NCBI RefSeq assembly: GCF_001194135.2
Contig: NC_068986.1
Location: 1,632,175 to 1,696,174, forward strand
DNA from: Octopus bimaculoides
Lineage: Eukaryota
Direction of reading: 5' to 3'
DNA: 64,000 nucleotides
In this document: in pieces, positions 1 through 11,601 of the stretch
Layout of the letters: every line of letters starts with the position of its first letter
How positions within the stretch are numbered: position 1 is the stretch's first letter
Program-made: the position numbers and the translations under genes
The notes under the pieces: model-generated
Databases searched by the model: none
Seen by the model: the letters and a program-made list of their open reading frames with translations, nothing else
What the model was told of the DNA's origin: nothing

Positions 1-122
1 TTAGTTGGACTGTGACAAGTCTAATCAATAAGCTAAAATTATTGATATATATGAAATGGCTTTAATTTTGGTTGGTATGAAGGAAGTTGTATAAAGCATA
101 GTGAGATGTTACTCAGTGTGCA

Positions 123-135
123 TGTGTGTGTGTGT

Positions 136-185
<50 letters not shown>

Positions 186-194
186 AGAGAGAGA
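123..194. repeat. (GT)n(GA)n microsatellite
   Basis: Directly visible dinucleotide tracts. They explain ORFs 39..326 and 106..294. Confidence 0.95.
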
Positions 195-699
195 TACTGA
201 TAAAGTAGAACTTTTAAATTTGGAGACAGACAAAGGTTTACAATGTGTGATGTTAGTGTTCAACGAAACATTGCTATCAAATATGGCTAAATAAGTGGTT
301 CTAGACTTTATGTAGCTCAGCACCATATTTCACAGAGCAGCAATTTATGAATTCTCTCTTTTCGTGTTTTCTTTTATCTTTTACTTGTTTCAATCACTGG
401 AGCTTCTTAACCACACAGTAATAACCAGACTAATGCAAAAAAACCCCCAAAAAACAAACAAACACAAGCAAAAAACCATCTACAAGCACAGAAACTAATT
501 CTTTTATGTAATGGTTTATCATCCATTCATTGTACTATCACATCCAGCATATTTACCTTTTTCGATATTTGCATGGACTAAGCAACTAAGTTAAATTTTT
601 ATGGATATTACTAAAGGAGGAGAGGAAATTATATTGGCCCCTATCATGTCATCAGTTTCTGCTCACTGAGAACACACTGTCCTACGAATATCAGCTTCA

Positions 700-885
700 A
701 ATTTTGGTACTGGGCCAGCAGTTTCGAGGGAGAGGGGTAAGATGATAACATTGACCCCCAGTGTTCAACAGGTATTTATTTTACTGACCCTGAAAGAATG
801 AAAGGCAAAGTTGATCCTGGCAGCATTTGAACTCAGAACATAAAGTCAAGAGAAATATGGTGTAAAGCATTTTTTCCAGCACACT
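700..885 (-). mobile_element. tRNA-headed SINE, working family D (degraded)
   Basis: Reverse complement of the family D core (B-box-like GAGTTCAAAT, then ctttgcctttcattctttcagggtc), which recurs more than 12 times in the window. Confidence 0.8.
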
Positions 886-929
886 TCAAAAGTGTTGCAA
901 CTGATTTATTGAAGGTGCTCAACGTAGCA

Positions 930-1115
930 GCTGGGGAGTTGCACTTACGATTGCAAGAGCGTGATTTTGATTCCCAGTGTGTTGTGTTCTTGAGCAGAAC
1001 ACCTCATCTCATGTTGGTCTGCAGTAACTTTGATATCTGACATGTGGCACACCATGTACAGGCAGTGTTGATCTGATGGACGGAGTGAGCTAATGTACAC
1101 AAAGAATATTTATTC
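930..1115 (+). mobile_element. tRNA-headed SINE, working family H (degraded)
   Basis: B-box-like ttttgattccc followed by ttgtgttcttgagcagaacac. The same module appears in reverse at 21695-21835 and 44520-44665. Confidence 0.6.
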
Positions 1116-1121
1116 TTTTAT

Positions 1122-1393
1122 TCTTTTACTGTTTCAGTCATTTGACTGCGACCATGCTGGAGCACTGCTTTAAAGGTTTTTTTCTTTTAGTCAAACAAAC
1201 TGACCCCAGGACTTAGTCTTTGTAAGCCTAGAACTTATTCTATCGGTCTCTTTTGCCAAACCACTAAGTTTAAGGACACAAACACACCAGCATCGGTTGT
1301 CATGGAGGTGGGGATAAACACAGATACACACATAAATATATACATACATACAACGTACATACATACATATATATATACATAATATATATATAC

Positions 1394-1433
<40 letters not shown>

Positions 1434-1535
1434 TTTTGTTTGGCCCAAAGCTATAGTAGAAGACATCTGCCCAAGGTGCCATGCAATGGGACTGAACCCG
1501 GAACCATGTGGTTGAGAGGGAAGTTTCTTACCCCA
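1122..1535 (-). mobile_element. Composite tRNA-headed SINE A/C with internal (TA/CA)n
   Basis: On the minus strand: tRNA-like head with B-box GGTTCAGTCCC, then body, microsatellite, and a 3' part ending ...catggtcgcagtcaaatgactgaaac. Same layout at 31885, 38645, 48450, 48975 and 57165. Confidence 0.85.
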
Positions 1536-1737
1536 CTGCAGGTTGCTCAACAAAAGTTTGCAGAACCCTCATCTGTCGTCAACAACATGAGTGTCTATCA
1601 CCACCACCACCACCACCATTGTAATATGAATTTGCCGAAAACCCAATGTCCGTCATTAAACTGCACTGACGTTTGCAGTCGCCTCGTGAACTTAAAACGT
1701 CCTCCTGAATGTTGATAAGAATAAGAGTTTGATCTCT

Positions 1738-1769
<32 letters not shown>

Positions 1770-2124
1770 TTTGGAAGAACAAACAATTAAAAGAGTACAA
1801 CATACATGTATTAGAGTTCATTTATTTATTCAAAGTTGATGATTCACTTCATTAAAGCAGCAAAAGGAGATAAAAACTATTTGCTACTTGAAAGGTTTGC
1901 AATTAATAAAAGACTTTAAGGAGCAATGGAATGAAATCACCAGCAGCTAACAGTTTTGAGTGCATGAATGAATAAATGAACGAATCAATCAATAGATGTA
2001 TACACACAGTCACACAAATATACTTATATTTACACCTATTTCTGTGCCTCTTTATAACCTCTCGTCACTTGGTACAAACCTTACACCTACAATACTACTT
2101 TCCACTCTGTTAAAGGGTCTTGTC

Positions 2125-2345
2125 TTGCAAGTAACTGGGTGACCTTACTGTTGCTAGTGCTATGCAAAAAGCCCCCTGGCACACTGTAAAATGGTTGGCA
2201 CTAGGAAGGGCATTCAGTGATAGAAATTATGTCAAAGGAAACAACAGAGCTTGGTGCAGTCCTCTGGCTTCCAGCTGCTTCAAACCATCCAACTTATGCC
2301 ACCATGAAAAGTGAATGTTAAATGATGATGATGATGATGATGATA
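2125..2345 (+). mobile_element. (GAT)n-tailed retroposon, working family B
   Basis: Core ggttggcactaggaagggcattcag...ccaacttatgccaccatgaaaagtgaatgttaaa followed by (tga)n. Confidence 0.75.
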
Positions 2346-2624
2346 AATATATACAAATATATACATATAAATAGAAATGCATTTTCAAGCTTTTGTATGT
2401 TCTAAAATATGCTTTGCGGCCTTAGAAAGTGAAAAACCAACACATTTTAGAGTGAAATAACACTACTTTGCATTCAATGTCAATAAAAGAAGTGAAATAT
2501 TTCAAATTTTCTGTTTTCACACTTCAGTTACTGAAAAAACGAGTAAATTTTCATTGTTACTAATTCAGTATAAGAGTCAAATCTACAAAGAAGCATGTTG
2601 AAGTACATCATGATAAGAATGAGC

Positions 2625-2790
2625 AAAGCAGCCAGTTCTCACTTCTCATACCTACCCTACAATGTTATTCCAATAATATACAATGACATCATTGAAATTT
2701 CAAAGCTATAAGTAAAGTACGATAAATCAAAAATGATGTGAATAAATAAGCATTACTTTTGACAGAGTAATCTGGATGCTAAAAGGTTAA
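2625..2790 (-). mobile_element. piggyBac-like MITE, partial
   Basis: Ends gacagagtaatctggatgctaaaaggTTAA. Homologous to the copies at 27721-27903 and 37527-37993. Confidence 0.65.
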
Positions 2791-3329
2791 AAGTGGTGAG
2801 AATACACAGAGAGAGAGATATAGAAATACTAAAGACTTGGGGTAGTAAAACTGATTGAGTTTTGTTAGCTTTCTCAGTACAGTTGCCATAACTATCACTC
2901 AACATGTTTTACCATTCTTGTACAAATCAGACAAATTCAATTTGACAATGTATTCTTTTCACTAAACCAACTTGCAGTTCCCCAACTACATACCTCAATG
3001 TTGTTTGAATTCCTTGAAGGACAGTCAAATGTTGTCTTAAAATAACTTGCAGAGAGGTTAGTAAAGAATTGAAGTTTATTTTCAAACTGTACGTTTGTCT
3101 TTTATTGTTTTCTTTATAAGTGTGCTTTTTGTTTTAATTTTTATTGTGTTTATGAGAGTGTTTTTCTCTATGTACGCACATAAGTGTGTAGTTTCATGAT
3201 TTTTAATTAAAGTATTGATTAAATCCAGCATTTGCCTGTGATGGAGAATTGCATATAAACCACTGGAAATTCGTATAATTTGAATTGCATCATTTCATCT
3301 AATGCATTCAACAAATTTGGTAACATACA

Positions 3330-3399
3330 AATATAAATACACATACATACATACATACATACAAACAAACATACATACATACATATAAATACATGTAGG

Positions 3400-3433
<34 letters not shown>

Positions 3434-3447
3434 TGCATATATATATA

Positions 3448-3503
<56 letters not shown>

Positions 3504-3527
3504 CACATACATACATATATATATATA

Positions 3528-3567
<40 letters not shown>

Positions 3568-3676
3568 CACATACATATATATACATATACACATACATAC
3601 ATATACATATACACATACATACATATATATATATATATACCTCAGGATATATATATGCTTGTGAGTGTGTAAACAA

Positions 3677-3717
<41 letters not shown>

Positions 3718-3720
3718 TGT
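3330..3720. repeat. Compound (CATA)n/(TA)n/(CA)n microsatellite
   Basis: Directly visible. Source of the YI/CV-repeat ORFs at 3219-3750. Confidence 0.95.
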
Positions 3721-4189
3721 AAGAATGCATATAGATTTAGTATGCAGCAAAGCTGGAGAGGCTCTTAAAAGTAATTAATTATTTAATTCATTAACTTCAA
3801 TTTACAATGATCAAAACTCCAACCTCACATCTACCATTAACATGACTTACCGCTAACATGACGAGACAAGAGTGGATTTTAGTGCATTGCTCTCTATATA
3901 ACCATCCAGAGTATTTATTGACTTCTTCATCTTCTGCGTCCTCTTCTTCATCTTCCTCCTAGTTTTCTATTTCTTCTTCAGCTTCCTCTTCTTCTTCATG
4001 ATATTGATGATGACAATCATCATCATTTTTATTGTATTCTTCTCCACCAGCTTCTTCTTCTTCTTCTTTTTGTCCATCATCATCATCATCACCACCACCA
4101 CCACCACCACCTTTTTTTCTCCTTCTTCTTCTTCTTCTTCATCAGCATACTCTCCTACACAAGTTTTGGGTCTTTGAGTTTTGTCCACC

Positions 4190-4495
4190 TGTGTGGCACC
4201 TTGAGGTAAACGTCTTCTACTGTAGGCCTAAGATGACCAATGCCTTGGTAGATGGAAACTGGGAGGAAGCCCATCATATATATGTAGACATATGTACATA
4301 TGAACATACACACACCCACACACATATATACATACATATATGTATGTATGTCTGCAATGTTTGCAGTTGTGTATGCTTATCAAGAGCAGGGCTCATTAGC
4401 CACCAACGGAGCCGTAAATGCAAAATGTAAGTTAGTATTAGAGCGCAGAATGTTCCTGAAGGTCAGCAATGGTCTTCCTCGGTCACGAGTGGACG

Positions 4496-4579
<84 letters not shown>

Positions 4580-4810
4580 ACTGTATTGGTGTCTTTGTGT
4601 TTGTCTTTGTTACCTACAGTCACTTGTCAGCTGGTGTTGGTTTGTTTACATCCCTGTAATTCCTGCAACTTAACAGTTTGGCATAAGAAACTGATAGAAT
4701 AAGTACCAGACTCAAAAAATGGGCCCGATTTGTTCAACTAAAAAACCCTTCTAGGCATTGCCCCTCCATGATCGCAGTCCAATGATTAAAACAAGAAAAG
4801 AACGTAAAAG
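4190..4810 (+). mobile_element. Composite SINE A/C (+), 5'-truncated, interrupted by an RTE fragment
   Basis: C part gtggcaccttgaggtaaacgtcttctac...gaggaagcccatc at 4190-4275. A part ggtgttggtttgtttacatccctgtaa...gcagtccaatgattaaaacaag at 4630-4810. Confidence 0.7.
4347..4502 (+). mobile_element. RTE (BovB-like) LINE 3' end relic
   Basis: Reads YVCNVCSCVCLSRAGLISHQRSRKCKM* (stop at 4430), a C-x2-C-x12-H motif like RTE-BovB ORF C-termini. About 70 nt of 3' UTR follows, ending gagtggacggccatc, then (TA)n. Family assignment is by recognition. Confidence 0.7.
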
Positions 4811-5154
4811 CTGACCACCCAAAATGCGACCACCCTTGGTTGTCTTATACAGAACTTCTCTTTTTAAAGTGTTTTGAATGTCAATTAAAATATTCTGATC
4901 TAATGTCAAGAAAGAACTCTTTGTTCGGCTGTATCACAAGCACCAGCTTCATAATGAATACAGTAACTATTTCAATGAAATCCTTCATTACTTTCAGATT
5001 TTTGATTACTTTATAAAATTAATTGAAACAGAGGAGCAGTGTATTTCATTAGGAAATATGGTCATGCAAAAAATCTGATAAGTTCTGCAATAAGAACCAT
5101 TTCTTGCTCGCATAGATTACCAAAAAACAATATTTGCTTTTTTAAAGAAATCAT

Positions 5155-5370
5155 TGACATTGTCATCATTATTGTTGTCATCGTCATCATCGTCATCATC
5201 ATCATCATCATCATCATCACCATCATGACCATAACCATCACCTTCACCGTCACCACCACCACCACTGCCATCATCATCATCATTATCGTGATCATTATTA
5301 CCGTCACCATCATCATCATCATCATCATGACCATCACCTTCACCACCACCACCACCATTATTATTACTGT
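5155..5370. repeat. (CAT)n/(CAC)n trinucleotide tract
   Basis: Directly visible. A similar tract in the opposite orientation lies at 6070-6210. Confidence 0.9.
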
Positions 5371-6432
5371 GGTTTCTTTCACTGCCAGATATAGCATTAC
5401 AGAAACTTACAGAATTTCTGAAGAGCGGGGGGAGGGGGGGGAAGACAATAACAAAAGAACAACAATAATAAAAAAATAGAAGCCAATGAAAGGTTTCAGT
5501 AAATAGTTTACATAAGGATATTAAGCAACTTATGATTGAGTCTATGAACTGTATAATACACACACAAGTGTATACATACACACACACACATAAAAACATG
5601 CACACACACACACACAAACACACGTACACACATACACGTGCACAAACGCACAAACACATACAACCACACATGGTACTTAGTATTGAAAATTATGAGTTTT
5701 TGAAACACGACAAAATCAAGAATATATACACTCATGCATATACATATACAGTGAGACACACACACATATACGCAGATATATATACATACATATATATATA
5801 TACATGTTTGTATGTATGTATGTATGTATGTATATGTGTATGTGTGTGTGTGTGTGTGTTTATGTGTGTGTGTATGTATGTATGTATGTATGTTTGCATG
5901 TGTGTATATTACTACTTCACTTGTTGAAGATCAATATTATTCTATTTTAGAATCAGAAAATTGGACTTTTGATGGACTACTGGTTCTGCTTAGATCTCTT
6001 CTGGCAGAGCAAGCTGCAGTCATTCCAACACTCGGTGCTTTGATCAAACCTTGAAATTATTTCAAGACTGATGACGATAACAACAATAACTGTAATGATA
6101 GCAATGATCATTATGATGTTGATGGTGATGAGGATGGAGGTGGTGGTGGTGGTGGTGGTGGTGATGATGGTGATAATGATGATGATAGAAATGATGACAA
6201 TTATGGTGAATTTGTTTATCAAATTCAAAAGAATCAACAGAAGTGTTATTTATACATCGTTTGTTATTTCCTTCATCCAAAATATAGGAAGATGCTTGGA
6301 ATTTTATTTGATATTAGGCAGGACATAACCATGATCATCCGGCTTAAAGTCTGGCTTTTCCTCCTCCTAATCATCACCATCAGCACCACCATCACTGGCA
6401 GCAGTGGCAGTATTGTTGTTGTTATATTATTG

Positions 6433-6480
6433 TTTTATTTGTGTCAGTCATTTGACAGCGGCCATGCTGGAGCGCTGCCT
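6433..6480 (-). mobile_element. Isolated 3' tail of SINE A/C
   Basis: Minus strand aggcagcgctccagcatggccgctgtcaaatgactgacacaaataaa matches the terminal ~45 nt of family A copies. Confidence 0.75.
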
Positions 6481-6499
6481 AGAAAAGATTAACTTGGAC

Positions 6500-6565
6500 T
6501 GCCATGACCAGGATTTGAACCTGAGTTATCATGGTCACAACATGGGGTCCTAATCACTAGGCGAT
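6500..6565 (-). pseudogene. tRNA-His(GUG) pseudogene
   Basis: Minus strand ATCGCCTAGTGATTAGGACCCCATGTTGTGACCATGATAACTCAGGTTCAAATCCTGGTCATGGCA has 9 differences in 66 nt from the invertebrate tRNA-His consensus as I recall it, 4 of them at CpG. The anticodon GTG is retained. The 5' acceptor strand is missing and there is no CCA. Confidence 0.8.
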
Positions 6566-6661
6566 ATATACCGTATGTTGGAGAGCACTATATTTCAAGA
6601 AATTAATAGCTGAAGTTACTTTTGTTGCCAATAAAATGGTTCTCTTTCACTCTCTCTCCCT

Positions 6662-6703
<42 letters not shown>

Positions 6704-8434
6704 CAATGTTAATTCTCTAAATGAAGTATTAACAGTAACTATATATATATATACACACACAACATACATGTATTGAGAGTTAAACATATTTCTAAAGTGT
6801 GTGATAGTGCATGGTGATAAGAAAAAAAGATTGAGTAAAGATGATTTGTTGATGATTCCGTGGGTGAATGACAGTAAGTTATGTAAAATGTTGGCCAACA
6901 CAGAGGTGAGATATCTATAAATATTGCAGGTGTTATAAACGGTGAGATAGATATTTATAAAATATTTTTGGAAAAAGGAATGATAAGAGAACAATGAGAA
7001 TGGATAACACTTGCTGGATGAAAATGTGATGCAAATTGATGGTGGAATGTAGCCAATAGGCCTTAAAAACATTTCGTACTATGCTACAGACCTGCTTGAT
7101 CCATTTCATGATAATGACACAAAATATTAAGCCTTTAAAATAATCATTTGTTATCTTTCCCTTCTTGATATATCTGTGATCTTAAAGCCTCCAACTTGTA
7201 ATTTTTCTTTAAATAATAAGTCTTCTTACAAACTGCTCCTTTTAATTCTTCTTTTTCTGGTTTTTTTTTTTTTTTTTTTTTGTTCTGAAAGAGGAAGTGT
7301 TTGGGTCTATGACCTACACAAAATTGATGGTTGCAAGAAAGACTCGAGAAGGAAGAAACTTCAGAGAGCTGACATTCTGGAGAGGAATGATTAGCCCCAA
7401 TAGTTAATATGACGCCAATGATAAGACAACATGGATGACAAAAAGAGGAACAAGGGAGTAATCCTCGGAGTAAAGACTTGGTTTGGATCCTTGCATTAGA
7501 TTAATAAACGAACGTTAGACAACGGGTTAAGTCTACCAGCTACAATGGCTCCTGCAATACAGTCTTTCACACAGTTTGCATCAACCACATTTCACCTCCA
7601 AAATGTGTTTGTCCAAATGTTATGGGAGAAGACAGGAAGTGGCATGCAATGTAATTGAACCCCAAACAACCATACTTCCATCCACTGGATACTGGACCAA
7701 ATGCATTAAAAAAGAGAGTTGGCTTAATAGATTCTAAATGCGAATGTTTTTGGACTGGTTTTTTTTTACTATTCTTCTCGAGTCATTAAAAGAAATATAA
7801 GACATCTATTAGGATTCAATCTACATACTATATTCCATATGCTATGAGAGAAAAAGGTAGAAAAAGGTACTTTTGGAATTTGACGAAACTGGTGATGACC
7901 TGTCTGTAATAACTAATAAGTCCATAGCATAATTTTATATGCACAATTTCTGCGAGGAGTGAAAAAAGCTAATTCTTTTTGTTTCAATAAGTGGAAAATG
8001 GACAGAGATACTTCTGAATAAGTGCAGATAGTGTCAAGAAACATTATTCTGTCATTTCTGCAAGTAGAAATCTACAAAAAATAGTAACTGAATAAAGCAG
8101 TAGGGTAATAATAGCTTCAACCTATTGCAATTGCTTTTGTATTGAATATGGCTTCCATTTTTCAGCTCTATTTACACTTGTAAACACATACAAAAAAAAA
8201 AAAAAGTGTAACATTTTGGGTGATACTCTTTATCTGTTTCTTTTGACATATTTATTTTCAGTTTATACTTCTTTTGGTTGTTATTTTTTGTTTTATATTT
8301 CTACACTTTTTCAGTCAAGCACTTTCATTTGTTTGATATCATGTATTATATTGCCTCCTCTTTGCTTTATAATCTTACTTGTGTTATCTCTGTGATATTT
8401 ATCTATCGCTCTGTATGTGTGTGTNNNNNNNNNN

Positions 8435-8466
<32 letters not shown>

Positions 8467-9284
8467 GTTGCACAGTGTAAAGTCATTGTGAAATCAAATT
8501 TAACTGAATGTTAATAAAAGACCTAAAAATATTAAGAAGCGTAATTCTTCTCATCTATTTTCAATGGAATAAAACATTCCACACACTGAATAAGATATCC
8601 ATCCATTAGTATAGAATTGATAAAAAGAAACTAACAACAAAACCTCTTTGAATATGCGATATCTCAGAAGAAGAGCACAAACCCAATACGTTAGATTTTC
8701 TTGCTTCTTACAGCATTTGAACTTATTGAACTTTTCTGTGAATATAAAATAGCCTTGCACTGAAACCAAAATAAATCAATATATTCACTGACTTAAGGAA
8801 CTCTAGCAGAGGGGAAAAAAAGTTTTTCTGGTTAAAAGAACAGTATTTTCGAGTTTCATATGTAGTAATTTCCAAAGAAAGAAATGCAATAAACTGTAAT
8901 GTATTCATGCAAAAATATTGCATTAAATGCACTGTAGTTGCACTGAATAACATCTTAAATGAATTTAATAGATAAATATTTTGAATTAATAAAATACATA
9001 AATAATTTAATCTAAAATCAGAGTTTAATGAAATAAATTTGAAATAAAATATGGAAATATAATAATGAAATTACATGATGTTGGTATTCAGCCCTGGGTC
9101 AGCTTTCAGCAAGTAACCTTATGATGAAAAATGTTGAAGCTGTGACCATCATATTTTGCTTTCTTTTCTTTTCGTTTTAAACAGGTTATATCGTGGACTA
9201 CATTATTTAACGTAGTCCGGGATAAACCCTACTTAAAATTACTAAAATTATACATTATTTATTATATCCTTCCCTTTCTAATAG

Positions 9285-9620
9285 TGTAGGATGTGATTTC
9301 GAGGTGATTTGGCTGCTATTCCTAGTAAGTCAATTGTTGTTATAGCTGTTGTTTGTAGGAGTGTTGGTGTTGATAGTAGTGGTGGTGGTGGCTATGAAGG
9401 TGGTTGTAGTAATAGTAGTAACACTGATAGTTGGTGTTCTTGTTTAGCCCCAGGTCAGCCATGATCAGCAAACTTAAGATCAAAGCTTTTCCAACCATGA
9501 CAATCTTGTTTTTTTTTTTTTCATTCTTTACTGGAAAAGTGTATTCAAGACTATACTATTTTATATGTTCGTTTTTTACTTCTATTTCCAGCAGGTCTAC
9601 TAGAGGTTCTCTTGTTAGTA
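9285..9620 (+). mobile_element. Unclassified interspersed repeat, working family E
   Basis: Modules gatttggctgctattcctag and tttagccccaggtcagcc...atcaaagctttccaaccatgac recur at about 17481, 17661, 23830, 25515, 28130 and 61845 (+) and at 32570, 33420 and 55300 (-). No TIR or tRNA head seen. Confidence 0.65.
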
Positions 9621-9672
9621 GTGACTGTGTATAAGTATTATACATGACATGGTTCGGGGGGGNNNNNNNNNN

Positions 9673-9746
9673 GTTTCACCAGTCCTCAGTCAAATCGTCC
9701 AACCCATGCTAGCATGGAAAGCGGACGTTAAACGATGATGATGATG
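9673..9746 (+). mobile_element. Family B 3' end (young), abutting a 10-N gap
   Basis: 74 nt identical to 30937-31010. Confidence 0.85.
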
Positions 9747-10306
9747 GGGGTCATAAAGTTCACAATTTCACCCAGGAGGGATGAGAGATCTCAAACTAAC
9801 TCAAAGTGAGATATGATCAGAAAACATAAAGAGACATAAAATATATATATCCAAATAATGTATTCAATGAACTCTATGGATACACGTAAAGTGGTGAATT
9901 TAGATCATAGGCAGGTTGACAGTGAATACAGATTCTCTACGATGCAGACGCAAAGGGTTAGCAGTTACAAAGGGTTAGCAGTTACAGTATCAATAGAATA
10001 ATTTTTTTTTTCCAGCGCTTGGCAGGAACAGTAGAAGTAGTTGACAGCTTCTATTGCTTAGATGACCAAATTAGCTATGCTAGTCAGATGATATCAAGAA
10101 GTACTCTCCACCACCATGGTAGAGGATGATGCTTTTCAGAGAGTACACTATAGTGCACCCACTTCCACGAGGGTGGAAGACTGTATACCACATCTTTGTA
10201 CATGGCATCTCTCTCTCTGTATGTCTCCATATATGGCTGACACTGTATCTCCCAGTATGCCTTTTATACTTGGCTTGTACTGCTCTCAAAAGCCATTGGC
10301 ATACAG

Positions 10307-11074
10307 CAGCAATTCTAAACCATTTTTCTTTTTACAAGTGAACGCCTTTGATTCCTATTTCACTCAGTTGGACCCTTATTGCCATTTGATGTTTTAAAAG
10401 AAATCCTATTATATTTTTATACTTAAATATCATGGGCTTCACGGAGGCAATGACAAGTGACTGAGACCTTAGGTGATATGCTGTGCTTGAGAAAACCCGT
10501 GAAGCCAAGTGAAATTGTAGTCATGGCCATTGCCAATGTCATGTAACTGGCACCCATACCATACTGGCACACAAAAAGCACCTTTCGAGTGTTGGCCTCA
10601 CAGAGGCAATGTGTCTGATGCTGGTGTCGCATAAGTAGCACCCATGCTGGTGACATGTAAAAAGCACCTTTCGAGGGTAGGGTCTCACAGACGCAATGAC
10701 AAATTGCAGAGACCTTTGGCAATACACTGTGTTTGAGTAGAAGACTTATCAAGCCAAGTGATATCACAGTCTTGGAAGATACTGATGCCATGCAAATGGC
10801 ACCAGTGGCACATAAAACTCTTGGAGAAAGGGCATCCAGCCATAGAAACCATGCCACAACAGACCAGAGTCTGATGCAGTCCTTCAGCTTACCAGCCTTG
10901 GTCAAACAGTTCAATCCATGCCAACATGGACATCATAAAGAATTGTATTTAAAAAATTGTTAATTTATTTTATGTACTGTAGAAGTATATAATTAATTTA
11001 TTACAGATAAATTTTAACAAGAAAATCTTATATGGACCCATAAGAGCCATATGGATCCCAGTTGAGAACTACTG
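10307..11074 (+). mobile_element. hAT-like MITE interrupted by a family B insertion
   Basis: Left end cagcaattctaaacc and right end gttgagaactactg form an imperfect TIR of CAGTGGTTCTCAAC type. The 5' part aligns with the uninterrupted copy at 28535-28670. No clean 8-bp TSD. Confidence 0.6.
10423..10935 (+). mobile_element. Long family B element with internal repeated modules
   Basis: Repeated aaaaagcacctttcgag(t/g)gt...ctcacaga(g/c)gcaatg modules, then the B core aagggcatccagccatagaaac...caatccatgccaacatgg. Confidence 0.75.
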
Positions 11075-11346
11075 ATGTATACCTACTTTCCATAGAATGT
11101 AGTACCCTGTCAAAGGCTTTCTTCCAGTTAATAAATACTAAATATTGTGGTTTGCACTTTTCACTAAGAACTTCTGTTGTAGATGTCTCAGTAGGGAGAA
11201 GGATCAGTTGTACCCCACTCTGAACTACATCTCATGAAAGCTAAATATGCTCCTTATCATTACCTAATGTAGATACATCAAAGTACCAGCTATATACTGA
11301 GGGCTGATTTACTTGACTCACATTGGTATCTCCTGTGTTGGTTTAG

Positions 11347-11381
11347 GTAAAGAGACTGGCGTCAAGAAACTCGAATATATT
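11347..11381 (+). CDS. Candidate small coding exon (VKRLASRNSNI or GKETGVKKLEYI), unknown product
   Basis: Acceptor tctcctgtgttggtttAG, donor ATT|GTAAGT, unique sequence, 2 CpG, two open frames. Could be chance. Confidence 0.22.
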
Positions 11382-11601
11382 GTAAGTGATATTTGTGTCT
11401 TCAGAACAGATGAATGTTAACTTCCAACAACTGCAGTTTTCCTGTTGGGGGCCAATGAGCCTAAATATTAAGTGTTTTGAGAAATATAAAGAGGAACAAG
11501 GTCACGCGTATATATATCATATGGTTGATGGGATGCATGAGATGTGGTCCCTGGAACACAATTATATTTTGAAGCATGTCATCAGTAGCAGCAGCAGCGG
11601 C

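Noticed and set aside
557-610. Minus-strand segment with a good acceptor and donor
   Set aside because: All three frames contain stops. It illustrates the background rate of splice-like pairs.
3219-3750. Many overlapping 70-250 aa ORFs here and at 5039-5927, 11461-12310, 39277-40039, 40626-41011 and 63515-63996
   Set aside because: They are read-throughs of stop-free microsatellites or N gaps (YI, CV, HT, ER, poly-K/E/F), not genes.
3851-3958. Minus frame EEDEEEDAEDEEVNKYSGWLYREQC ending at GCG|GTAAGT
   Set aside because: No polypyrimidine acceptor, an in-frame stop directly upstream, and the acidic part is a decayed GAA repeat.
6760-7072. 141-aa minus ORF in strand-skewed sequence, possibly a retroelement relic
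   Set aside because: No recognisable motif. The composition alone explains the open frame.
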